This document shows, piece after piece, positions 53,416 through 63,628 of a DNA stretch of 64,000 nucleotides. A program made the translations under genes and the position numbers. Position 1 is the first letter of the stretch. Each line of letters starts with the position of its first letter. The stretch lies in NCBI GenBank assembly GCA_965198005.1, contig CBDAOI010000001.1, forward strand, positions 246,332 to 310,331, written 5' to 3'. The DNA is from Spirochaetia bacterium (GTDB taxonomy: Bacteria; Spirochaetota; Spirochaetia; SZUA-6; Bin103). The notes beneath the pieces were generated by a model that saw only the letters and a program-made list of their open reading frames with translations, had not been told where the DNA came from and made no database searches.

Positions 53416-54648
53416 TCATCCCCCTCCGCCGTATGGCCGTCGTGCCGGCGCCCCGCCGCGGTGCGCGGCCGCCCGCATCGCGTAGCCCAGACTCTGCAAC
53501 ACGTGGCGCGGCTGGAGCCGCAGCTCGGTGACTCGCGCCGCGCTGTGCGCCAGCTCGGTGCTCCACGCCCGCAGCACGGGAACCGGGCCGCCGTCCCGCA
53601 AGCGCCCCCGCAAGGCCGCGGCCAGCTCCTCGAGGAACGCCAGCAGCAGCTCGCGGTCGAGTCGCTCGGGCAGTCCGGCCGCCTGGGCGTAGCCGCCGGA
53701 CGGTCCCGCAATCCCCGCCTGCCCGCCGCCGCCCACCGCCTCCAGGAACCGCTGCGCGTGCTCCCGCAACTGTTCCCGGCTGAGGTCGTTCCAGTTCAGG
53801 AAGTAGCCGCGCAGGGAACCAGGCTCTCCGTCGGGCCGGTCGAACACGCGCCGCAACACCTCCCGTTCCTCGGCCCCGGTGCGGGCGCGCAGCGCGTACT
53901 CGCGCAACCGGGAGCGTAGCGTCGCGATCAACGCCTCGGGCCGTCGCGCCAGCAGGATGACGTGCGCCGCGGCCGGCGGCTCCTCAAGCAGCCTGAGCAA
54001 GGCGTTGCGGGAGGACTCGCCGAGACCTTCGGCATGCTCAATGATAACCACCTTGCGGCCGTCGGGCGCGGACAGATTCAGCCATCGCTCCACATTGCGA
54101 ATCTGGCCGATCGGGACGTTCTCGGTCCTGATCGTCGCCACCAGCTTGCGGGCGTGCTCGTCGATCGTGCGGAGCTGCCGCTCCAGCGGCCGCCCTTCGG
54201 TTGCGGGGGTAACCTCCTCCAACGCTTCGTTGAGGGCGCTCACCGCGCCCACCGCCGCGCGCAGCCGCGCTTCCTCGCCCTCCCACAGCAGGCGTTCGTA
54301 GCGCCGCGTGAGCTTGCGCACCGCACGCACGTAGAAATAGTGGGCGGCGGCGGTGCGCGACCGCCGCAGCAGGTCCGCCGCCGCGCCGATCTCGAGCACG
54401 AAGTAGCGCCAGCCCATCAGGACCAGGTAGGGATGGCTCAGGTCGCGATGGCGCCGGCAGCGGTCGCAGGCGCACTCCCCGGCGGCGTCCGCCCGGCACG
54501 TCAGGGCACGGGCCAGCTCCAGCGCAATCGAAAGCTTGCCGCCGTAGGCCGGGCCGGTGATCAGCGCCGCGCGCGGGAACCGTCCCGCGGCCACTTCCGC
54601 CTCCAGCAGCCGCGTGGTAGCGCCGTGGCCCACGATGTGCTCGAACAT
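53416..54648 (-). CDS. DNA polymerase III delta'-like clamp-loader subunit
   Basis: FEHIVGH, Cys cluster, NALLRLLEEPP, TLRSR. Confidence 0.8.
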   Translation of the reverse strand: MFEHIVGHGATTRLLEAEVAAGRFPRAALITGPAYGGKLSIALELARALTCRADAAGECACDRCRRHRDLSHPYLVLMGWRYFVLEIGAAADLLRRSRTAAAHYFYVRAVRKLTRRYERLLWEGEEARLRAAVGAVSALNEALEEVTPATEGRPLERQLRTIDEHARKLVATIRTENVPIGQIRNVERWLNLSAPDGRKVVIIEHAEGLGESSRNALLRLLEEPPAAAHVILLARRPEALIATLRSRLREYALRARTGAEEREVLRRVFDRPDGEPGSLRGYFLNWNDLSREQLREHAQRFLEAVGGGGQAGIAGPSGGYAQAAGLPERLDRELLLAFLEELAAALRGRLRDGGPVPVLRAWSTELAHSAARVTELRLQPRHVLQSLGYAMRAAAHRGGAPARRPYGGGG

Positions 54649-55776
54649 TCAACCCTCCCCGGCCCGCCGGTGGCCGCCCCGGGCCTGGACGGCTACGATC
54701 CGCGCGATGCTGCGGACCGCGCCGGCGGTCGCCAACCTGGCCATGCCGCGGCTCATCTTCTGCCGGCGGCCGGTGTCGCAGCGCAGCCGATCCACTACCG
54801 CCGCCAGCGCCGCGCCATCGACCCGCTCCTCAGCCAGCACCAGCGCCGCGCCGCGGTCCGCGAACAGCCGGGCGTTGGCGAGCTGCTCCCCCCGGCTGGC
54901 GCTGCGCGGCAGCGGCAGCAGCACCGCGGGGGTCGCGGTGGCGGCCAGCTCGCCCAGCGTGTTGGCTCCGGCGCGGCACACCACCAGGTCGGCCGCCGCC
55001 AGCAGGTCGGCGAACCCGTCGGCCACGAACGGCAGCGCCCGGTACCGGGCCTGGACCGCGGCCGGGTGCCGGTGCGGCGCCTGCCGCGGGCGCCACGCCC
55101 GGCCGGTCTGGTGGACCACGAACCAGTGGCGGGCCAGCGCCGGCAGCGCCGCCCACACCAGCTCGTTGAGTGCCCGCGCGCCGCTGCTGCCGCCCGTGAC
55201 CAGCAGCAACGGCACGCCCTCCGGCACCTGAAACCGCGCGCGGGCGCGGCCGGCGTCGCCCTGCCCCAGCCCGGCGCGAAGCGGGTTGCCCGTGACCTGT
55301 ACGCGCCGGCGCACCCGGACCGGCAGCAACGCCCGGGTCGGCGCGAACGCCACCAGCACGGCCCGGGCCATGGTCGCGTTGATGCGCGTGGCCAGCGCCG
55401 GCGTAGCGTCCGACTCGTGCGTGACCACCGGGATGCCGAGCAGGCGCGCGGCCACCACCGGCGGCACGCTGACGAAGCTGCCCTTGGCGAACAGCACCAC
55501 CGGACGCAGGCGCAACAGCAGGATCAACGCGTGCCCGCACCCGGCCAGCACCGCCATGACGTCCACCACGTTGCGCAGCGAGAAGTAGCGGCGCAACTTG
55601 CCCGCCGGGATGCCGTGGAACGGAATCCCGGCGGCGCGCACCAGCGCCCGCTCCGCCGGGCGCCGCGATCCGATCCACGCGGCGCGCCAGCCGCCCGCCT
55701 GCAGCTCCCGGATCACCGCCAGGCCGGGGATGATGTGGCCGGCGGTGCCGCCGCCGGTGAACACTGCGAGCGGCAT
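54649..55776 (-). CDS. murG: UDP-GlcNAc:lipid I GlcNAc transferase
   Basis: GGGTAGH, HESD, TGNP, GGSSGA, RAGA, EQLANA. Confidence 0.95.
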   Translation of the reverse strand: MPLAVFTGGGTAGHIIPGLAVIRELQAGGWRAAWIGSRRPAERALVRAAGIPFHGIPAGKLRRYFSLRNVVDVMAVLAGCGHALILLLRLRPVVLFAKGSFVSVPPVVAARLLGIPVVTHESDATPALATRINATMARAVLVAFAPTRALLPVRVRRRVQVTGNPLRAGLGQGDAGRARARFQVPEGVPLLLVTGGSSGARALNELVWAALPALARHWFVVHQTGRAWRPRQAPHRHPAAVQARYRALPFVADGFADLLAAADLVVCRAGANTLGELAATATPAVLLPLPRSASRGEQLANARLFADRGAALVLAEERVDGAALAAVVDRLRCDTGRRQKMSRGMARLATAGAVRSIARIVAVQARGGHRRAGEG

Positions 55777-55846
55777 GTCAGGTTGCCCGTGCCCGTGCCC
55801 GTGCCCTTGCATTGCCGCCACCGCCGCCGTAGGCTCACCGCCACCG

Positions 55847-56650
55847 ATGCGTAGATACGGTTGGCGGGCGGCAGCGCCTCTGGCGGCAGTGGTCGTGCTG
55901 GCGATCGGCGCGGCCGGCGCCGCCGGCGCGTGCCCGGCCGCGTTGGAGCAACTCGTGCCCGACGCCCCGTTGCGGGCGCGCCTGCTCGACGGCGGCGCGC
56001 GCCTCGCGTTGACGCCGGAGGAACCGCCCGCGCTGGTGCCCGCGGTCCCGAGCCGGGACGCGGTCAGCGAGGCAATCGTGCCGCCGCCGCTCGCGCGCCG
56101 CATATACGGCACGGAGTTGCTGCGCCTGTTCCCCCAGATCGGGCACCCCTGCGACTGGGTTCGTCTATACGACGTTATGCGGGCCGTCAGCACCATGCAA
56201 GGCATTCAATACTACTCCAACAGCCGGGGCCGTTACCGCACCCTGTTCAAGCGCTCCCACGTCGTCGCGGGGCCGGACGATCTTGCGCCGCTGCCCGATC
56301 CGGTCGCGACCTCGGTTCCGGAACGGTCCACGCTCCATCTGCTGCAGGAGGATTCCACCTTCGGGAGCAACCTGTTCCGCGCCGAGTACCGCTTCGACGG
56401 GGTAAGCGTCGCCATGCGGATCCGCAACGTCGCCACCATGTGGTGGCACGTGCTGCCGCTGGTGCGGGCCGGCAACTATCGCAGCCTGGTGCTGCTCGCG
56501 CCCACCGATCGCGGCCTGCTGGTCTACGCCGCGGCGGCGATTCCCGCGCCCGACCTGCCCGCGCTCCGCGAACGCGGACAGGTCTCGCTCCGCAACCGGG
56601 TGGACGCAGTCGAGCGCTGGCTGCTCGAACAGCTCGACGCCTCCTCCTGA
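55847..56650 (+). CDS. Exported hypothetical protein (DUF6675-like)
   Basis: Signal peptide; STMQGIQYYSNSR and QEDSTFG motifs, recalled from spirochete hypothetical proteins. Confidence 0.65.
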   Translation: MRRYGWRAAAPLAAVVVLAIGAAGAAGACPAALEQLVPDAPLRARLLDGGARLALTPEEPPALVPAVPSRDAVSEAIVPPPLARRIYGTELLRLFPQIGHPCDWVRLYDVMRAVSTMQGIQYYSNSRGRYRTLFKRSHVVAGPDDLAPLPDPVATSVPERSTLHLLQEDSTFGSNLFRAEYRFDGVSVAMRIRNVATMWWHVLPLVRAGNYRSLVLLAPTDRGLLVYAAAAIPAPDLPALRERGQVSLRNRVDAVERWLLEQLDASS

Positions 56651-56667
56651 CTGCCGTCAGGAGTCCG

Positions 56668-59205
56668 TCAACCTTGTTCGCATGGCTGTTCCTCAGAGCG
56701 TCGGGCCGCTGCCTCCTGCAAGGCGTGTTCGATGACCTGTTTCATGCAATCATGCTCGTAGGCGCCGATGTTGTTGGGATCGTCACGGCCGAGCGTGACC
56801 ACCTCGATCCTGCCATGCTCCCAGCGGCGACGGCACGCCCGCCAGAAGCGGTCCGCGTAGTCGGCAAGTAGATCGACCGCGAGATCCTCCAGCCGGCGCA
56901 TGTCCCCGAACCGCACAATGTCCAACCGCTGTGCGGGAAGCGTAAGCTGGTACCAGTCGTCGCGCTCCAGGAGCCGTTGCACCGTGCTCCGCTCGATCAC
57001 CAGATTGCGCCATCCCCTGTGCCGTTTTCGGCGTAGCAAGCGATGGTAGACCCGCCCAACATCGAACATCGGGGCGTACCTCGTGAGACTGACCGTTTCC
57101 TTGCCCGCTGCGGCGCTTGCCCTCTCCTCGCCGGATGTCACCGTTTGCAGACGCGAGTATTGGTCCAGCGTGACCATTGGTAGACCGGCGCCGGCCGGCT
57201 CCGGTAAGGTCGGACGCTCATCCGAACGATCAAATCGCTGATCCGCCCTGAGCCGGATCAACTTCAGATCGGTCCGGCGGGCGAAGTTCCAAGTGACCGG
57301 GAGCCGAAAGGTCTCGTCCTCGGTGCTGATCCCCTCCTGTATAAGCAGATCGCGAAAGGTCTGCATGTAGTTTGCGCGCAGTCCGAAGATGTATAGCCGC
57401 TCCAGTTCCAGCAGCCCGGCGCTGTCTCGGGGCGGTGGCGCGCCAGCCGCGGTATACCGCTTCAGACTCATGTTCCAGCCCTTGAGCCGTACACCGCGCC
57501 CAAACATCTGTATAATCTCCGGACCCTCGCCGACGCCGACGTGCATCAGCCCCATCGTGCTCACGCGCCAGGAGTTCCAGCCGGCGATGAAGCGCCGGGC
57601 ACCGATCACCACGTTCACCGTCGAGTCAGGGTGGTCCACGGCGCTGAACAACCGCTCGGCGAAGCCCATCTCCCGGTCGACCTGGAAGTTGCCGGCGTCG
57701 GTCTCGGCGAGGAGCTTGTAGAGCGCCGCCGAGTCGCCCACGTTAACTACCCCAAAGGGTGCGTTGTCAGCGGTGCGGAGGTGCAGTTCGCCCTCGCCAG
57801 CAGTCAGGTAGACGACGTGTAGCTGCCCCAGTCCGTGGAACACGGTCTCGCATAGATCGGGGTACACCGCGGCGCCGGTGTGCGGCAGGTGGTGGAAGCG
57901 GCCGGCGAAGTAGTCATTGCCCTCTTCATCCTGCAGACCCGAGCCGCCGGCAAGCAGGTGTTCGATCATCGTCCGGACCACCTCGCCCTGAGCCAGGACC
58001 CAGCCGAGGAAGTTCAGGATGAGGACGACATCCGAACGGGTCGCCTGGTCCGCCTGGCTCAAGCCGGTAACGGTCTTGCCGAGGAACACCCATAGCGGCT
58101 TGGCCGGGTTGAAGGCCCTGTATTCCGCTCCACGCTCCCGCCAGATGCGGCACTGCTGGTAGAAGCTCAGCAGGCAGCCGAGCAGGTACATGTCACTGCC
58201 GACATCCTCCGCCCCTCCAGGTAGATTGAGGATGGCGTAGTCCTTGCCGTAGCCGTCTTGGTGAAAGCGGCGATACGAGTAGTCGAACAGTAGGCACTTG
58301 CCGTAGGCGTGCAGCAGTTCGGGGTCCCTCCCGCTCACTACCTGGTTGAAGGTGGCGGAGTACTCGAACGTGAAGCCGCCGCGCGACAGCTCCCGGCGGC
58401 GCTCGCGCCAGACCCGGCCGGTGGCGCCCAGATGCCCCTCGTCCACCAGCACCAGATTGTCGTCGCCGAAGTCGCCGACGGCGACGCGTTTTGTGCCCTG
58501 CCGTTCGGCCAGCTTGTTCAGGTCTATGATCTCGACCGGTGCAAACAACTCTGACGGGGCGTCGTGGGAGAACAGCCGCGCGTGCAGGCCGCTCTCGTGC
58601 ATCTCGCGTTCATGCTGTACGGACATCTGCTCGTTTGGCGTCACCAGCACGACGTTGTTGAGCCGTCCGCCCGCGAGGTCCAGATAGTGCCGGTATTGCA
58701 GCATGTTGGCGTGCATCAGCAGAGTCTTGCCGGAACCGGTGGCGCTCTGAAAAGCCACGGTACGCAGTTCCTCCGGGTGGTACTCCGGCATGCTGGAGGT
58801 GAGGCGATCCCGCTCCCGGTGGCGGTCCAGATCAGCACACAGAGCTGCCGGGTCCTCAAAATACCGGCTCAGGTAATGCTCGGTGAACAGAAGGGCAACG
58901 TACTGATGCGGTTTCCAGGTGCGTCCGTGTTCCCCAGTCATCCGCAAGCGCTCGCTGTGCGCGGCGATATTGGCAGCGTATCCACCAAGCAGATCGCGGG
59001 TTACAGGCGCGTCGCCGGTCAGGTAGACGGATAGAACCGCAGTGTAGTTGTGCTCACCGGTGGCTGGGTCGACCGGCGCTTCCCGCAAACGTCCCAGCAT
59101 CCCGTCCAGGTCGTCATAGCCGAACTCCCTACACAGGAACCGATGCAGCACCATACGATTCTGAAGCAAGGGATTCTGGCGGCGGTGTCTACGTGGCTGC
59201 GACAA
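56668..59205 (-). CDS. res: Type III restriction subunit (SF2 helicase), apparently lacking the C-terminal nuclease
   Basis: ATGSGKT, VDEGH, YSAT, GW..W, QMFGRGVR; directly follows mod. Confidence 0.85.
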   Translation of the reverse strand: MSQPRRHRRQNPLLQNRMVLHRFLCREFGYDDLDGMLGRLREAPVDPATGEHNYTAVLSVYLTGDAPVTRDLLGGYAANIAAHSERLRMTGEHGRTWKPHQYVALLFTEHYLSRYFEDPAALCADLDRHRERDRLTSSMPEYHPEELRTVAFQSATGSGKTLLMHANMLQYRHYLDLAGGRLNNVVLVTPNEQMSVQHEREMHESGLHARLFSHDAPSELFAPVEIIDLNKLAERQGTKRVAVGDFGDDNLVLVDEGHLGATGRVWRERRRELSRGGFTFEYSATFNQVVSGRDPELLHAYGKCLLFDYSYRRFHQDGYGKDYAILNLPGGAEDVGSDMYLLGCLLSFYQQCRIWRERGAEYRAFNPAKPLWVFLGKTVTGLSQADQATRSDVVLILNFLGWVLAQGEVVRTMIEHLLAGGSGLQDEEGNDYFAGRFHHLPHTGAAVYPDLCETVFHGLGQLHVVYLTAGEGELHLRTADNAPFGVVNVGDSAALYKLLAETDAGNFQVDREMGFAERLFSAVDHPDSTVNVVIGARRFIAGWNSWRVSTMGLMHVGVGEGPEIIQMFGRGVRLKGWNMSLKRYTAAGAPPPRDSAGLLELERLYIFGLRANYMQTFRDLLIQEGISTEDETFRLPVTWNFARRTDLKLIRLRADQRFDRSDERPTLPEPAGAGLPMVTLDQYSRLQTVTSGEERASAAAGKETVSLTRYAPMFDVGRVYHRLLRRKRHRGWRNLVIERSTVQRLLERDDWYQLTLPAQRLDIVRFGDMRRLEDLAVDLLADYADRFWRACRRRWEHGRIEVVTLGRDDPNNIGAYEHDCMKQVIEHALQEAAARRSEEQPCEQG

Positions 59206-62200
59206 CTACCGCTCCCCGAACATCAACACGCGAAAGACCGGCTCTATTGTCTCGACGACCCAAGTATCGCCCGTCTGCTGCAGGGCGTTCAGGGTATGAT
59301 CTCCGTTGACATAGATCATGTGCAGCGCTGTGCCAAAAAACTCGCGGTGCGTGCTGAACCACGCGTCCAACGCAGTGTGGTCCGTGCGGTCGAGATCGCG
59401 CCAGAGGACCAAACACTGGCGGCGCTCGGCGTCGGTGCCGGTGATCGCCAGCACGCCGTCGATACGCCGACGGGACTCCACGCGCAGGCCGATCAGGTAG
59501 TTGAAGGTCTCCGGCAGATCGACCGGTACTTCGCGCCGGGTCCCGTCGCGCACGACTGTGATCGAATAACAAAAAGGGTCGGTGAAATCTCGGCCCAAGA
59601 GGCAGGCACTGTCAGCAGTCTCCACGCCCAGCGCATAGCGCAGCCGATAATCCTCTTCCAGCTCGTGACTCTCGGCCAGCAGCGCCTGTTGCGGACCGGA
59701 AAGCGGCGTCACCTCGAGGCTCTCCAGAGTGTCCTCATAGGACTCCAGGCGAATATACTGGAACAGTTGGGAGATGCTCTGCCGTGAGACCGGCTTGCCG
59801 TCCCTCCAATCCGGCGAGTAGACCACCTTCTTCAAGCGCGGTAGCAGGACGGTGTGGAAGTGATCGCCGACCTCTACGAGGACGTAGGTGCGCCTGCCCC
59901 GGTCCGCGCGGTTGAGATTCACGACTGCATGGCCGGTCGTCCCGGAGCCGGCGAAATAATCGAGCACAACAGAAGCCGCATCGCACAACGAGGCGCGCAA
60001 ACAATCTTCCACCAACCCGGTCGCCTTGGCGAAGTCGAATCTCTTGTCCCCAAAAATCTCTTTGATCGTCTTCGCTCCAAGATTCGCCGACGCGTACCTC
60101 TTGTCGTCCCACCATGTTCTTGGCATGGAGTCCGGATCCGGTCGAATCTTGAAGTCTATATCGATCCCCTTGGTCGGACTGTTCTTTCCATTGCGGCGGA
60201 CACGATAGTCCGGGAGGGTATGCATTACGCGATCAGGACCACGATGCCAGTTCTTCTCGACGACGGTCCCATCCTGATCCCTTAATGGCCAGACCGTAAC
60301 TTCATTCCTCCGAGGCTCATCAAGCACTCGGTATTCCCTTCTATCGTCGTCCCACTGCATCGAAGGAATCCGTATCCTGTTGTTGTCACTGACGTATATC
60401 GGGTAGAACATCTTCGGTCGATCCTGGCGACGGTCGTTTGACCCATGCCGGATCAGGTTGTTCCACGCGTACCTGCCCTCGTCGTCAATCAGGGGGTAGC
60501 GGGCAAGTTCTTGTGCAGTCTTGTTCAACGTGCCTGGTGTGGCGCCGGTATTCCCATAGAACAACGCATACTCGTGTGCCGGTGAGAACTGCCCGCGAGA
60601 TTTTCTTCCCGCGGGGTTGGACCGGACCGCGACAATCCCCAGCTCGCGAGCGAACACGCTGCGAAGTAGCAGGCGCAACAACGAGACCTCTTCGTCGTCG
60701 ATAGCGGCGCACAACACCCCGGTGTTGGTCAGACACGCACGCGTCAACCGCAGGCCCTCTCCCATGAGCGACAACCAGGATGAGTCCTTGTAGTTGTTCT
60801 TGTAGAGGATAGCAGAGGCATCGGTGTTGTAGGGAGGATCGATGTATACGCACTGTACCTGGTCCTGATACCGAGCCTGCAAGAGGTTCAACGCCTGGAA
60901 GTTGTCGCCGTGCACCAGCACGCCGTCGGTCTGCCGGTCCAGCGGTCCCGCGTCCGAAAGCGCCTTCAGCAGGCGCTCGGTGAAGTCACGGTCGAAGTGG
61001 CCCGTGTCGAGCACCAAGTGGCGATGTTCCTTGAGGAAATCCACACTCGGGGGGTCACTCCAGGTGACACCGCCGTTGATCAAGTCGGGTTCGATCTCAT
61101 CAACGGCGAACAGTCGGACCCATTCTTGGCACTGGGCTTCGTTCGCTGCGATGGCCGGCAGCATCTGTTCCGGCACGCGATCCAACGTGACGCACCAGTT
61201 CGTCTCCAGCACGAACTTCCTCTTGAGCCAGAGCTTCCGCTGAAAGTCCTCCAGTTGCGCGAGGAAGTCGATGATCTTGCCGCCGACGTGGCGCACCGCC
61301 CGCACCCGCGCCAGCGCCCGGTCCAGTCGGGGCGCATCGCCCTGCTCCAGATCGTCCGGGTTCAACACCTCACTGTGCACGTACAGGTCGAGTTCGCGCC
61401 GCAGGAATCCACCGAGGTCCTTGTGGATGAAGTAGTCGAAACTGTTCCGCGCGGTATAGCGCTCCACCTGCTTCGCGAGGAGCGTACGCTCGGCGTCGGA
61501 TTCGGTCGGCGCCGGCTCGGCCAGCAAGAGCTTCCAGTTCGGATCTACGGCGCGTAAGATCCGCTCGCATGTCGCCGCATTTATTCGGCGCTGCTGCGTG
61601 CCGCCGTTGCCGGGCCGCCGCCGCTTTTCACCGTCAGTCAACGGCCGGTGCTCGAAGCGAACCACCAGCTCACTCTCCTCAACGGCTACGGCCCGTTCAC
61701 CGTCTGTGAGTAGAAAGCGGCGCTGCCGAACGGTCGCTTCCTCGACGTTGTCGCTTTCGGTGCAAGCCGCGGCGATCTCGAAGCGCACGCGCCGCGCTCG
61801 TTGGTCGCCGCCGACCGTGAAGGCGTAACTGGCGTAGTTCTCCGTTGTCTTGACGTAGTACTGATCGGCGTTGGCCCAATACAGCTTCACCTCCTCGCCG
61901 TCGTAAGGAATCAGGTACGCCGGACGGCCTCCGTTCGCGTAGCGGCGCTGTGACACGAAGTCGCCCTCGGCGTAGTAGCGCGCGAAGAAGCTGGCAAGAT
62001 GGTTGTACACGTCAGCCTCTGCGGTCGCGTCCTTCCGCATTTCGGCGAGGCGCTGCTGCAACCGGCGGATCGCTGGCAGGGCATCCGTATCGGGGTCGAT
62101 CTCCAGTTTTCTTGCGGACTCGCGGGCGGTGTCCAGCTGCGCCTCGAGTGAAGCGGTCTCCTCGGCGCTGGTCAGGTTGAGCTTCTCCTTTACTTGGGGC

Positions 62201-62382
62201 AGCAGGTCGTGGTCGAGGAACGCCGTGATCTCGGCCGCCTTCAGGTTCATGATTCGGTAGATGCCGAAGTCCAGATCGCCGCGGTCAAGCTGGAACATCT
62301 CACGCAGCAACGCCTTGAGGCGGTCAAGCTTGTCCGCCGCGCCCGGCGCCGGACGCAAGTCCTGAGAGGTCGATCCCGTCAC
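59206..62382 (-). CDS. mod: Type III adenine methyltransferase (beta class)
   Basis: DLDFGIYRIM, YIDPPYNT before DYFAGSGTT, LESYED. Confidence 0.93.
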   Translation of the reverse strand: MTGSTSQDLRPAPGAADKLDRLKALLREMFQLDRGDLDFGIYRIMNLKAAEITAFLDHDLLPQVKEKLNLTSAEETASLEAQLDTARESARKLEIDPDTDALPAIRRLQQRLAEMRKDATAEADVYNHLASFFARYYAEGDFVSQRRYANGGRPAYLIPYDGEEVKLYWANADQYYVKTTENYASYAFTVGGDQRARRVRFEIAAACTESDNVEEATVRQRRFLLTDGERAVAVEESELVVRFEHRPLTDGEKRRRPGNGGTQQRRINAATCERILRAVDPNWKLLLAEPAPTESDAERTLLAKQVERYTARNSFDYFIHKDLGGFLRRELDLYVHSEVLNPDDLEQGDAPRLDRALARVRAVRHVGGKIIDFLAQLEDFQRKLWLKRKFVLETNWCVTLDRVPEQMLPAIAANEAQCQEWVRLFAVDEIEPDLINGGVTWSDPPSVDFLKEHRHLVLDTGHFDRDFTERLLKALSDAGPLDRQTDGVLVHGDNFQALNLLQARYQDQVQCVYIDPPYNTDASAILYKNNYKDSSWLSLMGEGLRLTRACLTNTGVLCAAIDDEEVSLLRLLLRSVFARELGIVAVRSNPAGRKSRGQFSPAHEYALFYGNTGATPGTLNKTAQELARYPLIDDEGRYAWNNLIRHGSNDRRQDRPKMFYPIYVSDNNRIRIPSMQWDDDRREYRVLDEPRRNEVTVWPLRDQDGTVVEKNWHRGPDRVMHTLPDYRVRRNGKNSPTKGIDIDFKIRPDPDSMPRTWWDDKRYASANLGAKTIKEIFGDKRFDFAKATGLVEDCLRASLCDAASVVLDYFAGSGTTGHAVVNLNRADRGRRTYVLVEVGDHFHTVLLPRLKKVVYSPDWRDGKPVSRQSISQLFQYIRLESYEDTLESLEVTPLSGPQQALLAESHELEEDYRLRYALGVETADSACLLGRDFTDPFCYSITVVRDGTRREVPVDLPETFNYLIGLRVESRRRIDGVLAITGTDAERRQCLVLWRDLDRTDHTALDAWFSTHREFFGTALHMIYVNGDHTLNALQQTGDTWVVETIEPVFRVLMFGER

Positions 62383-62498
62383 GCCGACAGTCTACCCTGA
62401 ACCGTCTCGGAGTCGTAGGGGTCGAATTGCAGCACGGAAGTATCGGAGACGCAGAGACGGGGATCATGGCGTACGGACTGCAACTGGGTGGCTGCCTG

Positions 62499-63164
62499 CT
62501 AATCCCGTGGGGGTTGCTCCATCCACCGGTGCAAATCGCGAACTGACTTCCCCAGCAGTTCCGCTGCTTTGGCTTCGGAGATCACGTTCTCGGCCAGGGC
62601 GCGAGAGCAGAGGCGCTCGACGCGTGACGGCCACTCCGGCTCGATCGGCTGGGGCTCCGGGTATGGAGCAGTGCGCCAGCCAAACCTGGAGATGTCACGA
62701 AACAACCGCTTGTAGAGGGCGTCGTTGATGATCCCGAGATCCCGGCACCGATATACGATTGCCTGCACACTCACGCCGAACACCCGCTTCAGGTTGAACA
62801 ACTCGCTCCAGCCGATGGACGTGCGACGTCTGCCGATCTCGGTGCGCACGGTGTCCGCCGGCATGAGGAACGCTCCCGCAAACCGCTGAGCCGCCTTCTC
62901 CGAATCGACCTGGTCGTCAACCGTCAGAACCAGGTGGCCCAACTCGTGCGTGAGCGTGAACCGCTGGCGTTCGCCCGAATCCTTGCGGTTTACAACTATG
63001 ACGGCATCGACAGTCTTGCCGCCACGCCTCGCATATGCGGTCATACCTCCGATGTCGCTCAGTTCCAAAGCAAGGACCTTGACTCCACACTCCTCCAGCA
63101 GCTCGACCATACTGAGGATCGGCTTGCGTCCGAGATCCCAGTGCGTGCGTAGGCTGATGGCCGC
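62499..63164 (-). pseudogene. ImmA/IrrE-family metallopeptidase lacking its N-terminal HTH
   Basis: RQRFTLTHELGH, E..A..FAGAFLMP, FGVS; frame begins abruptly after a stop at 63165. Confidence 0.8.
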
Positions 63165-63628
63165 TTAAACTTCCAGTAGACGCCCGTTTCGCTGTGACCC
63201 TTCACGGTTGTGACTTCGGCGAGATGAGAAGGACCATGACCGCGCTGTTCGGCGAGGCTCCCACGGAGTGTGTTTCGGACTACAACAAAGGCATTGGCTC
63301 CACTGTAACCGGCGGGAGTCGTCACATCCCAAGGAGCGGTAGTCTCGGCGCGTCGACGAAAACCGGGAATGGCACTGGAGCAGTTGCTGCCGGGTCCCAA
63401 GCATGCGGGTCGCACGACGATCGTTCCCTGGACCCCTGGACAATTGACTGGCTGGCCTACTATGAGGGATGGCTGTGATTCACCTTCGAATGTTTCGAGT
63501 CGCGGCGCACGCTCTGCTCCAGGACGCCGTGCAGCAGCTTGAATTCTATGACGACTTGCTCCCGGTTGGCGGCGTGTTCCTGTGCCGACCACTCGATGCG
63601 CAGGTCGGTGCGCATGCGGCTTGTCCAC

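Noticed and set aside
59206-62382. Phase-variable mod (phasevarion)
   Set aside because: No simple-sequence repeat tract seen in or before the gene
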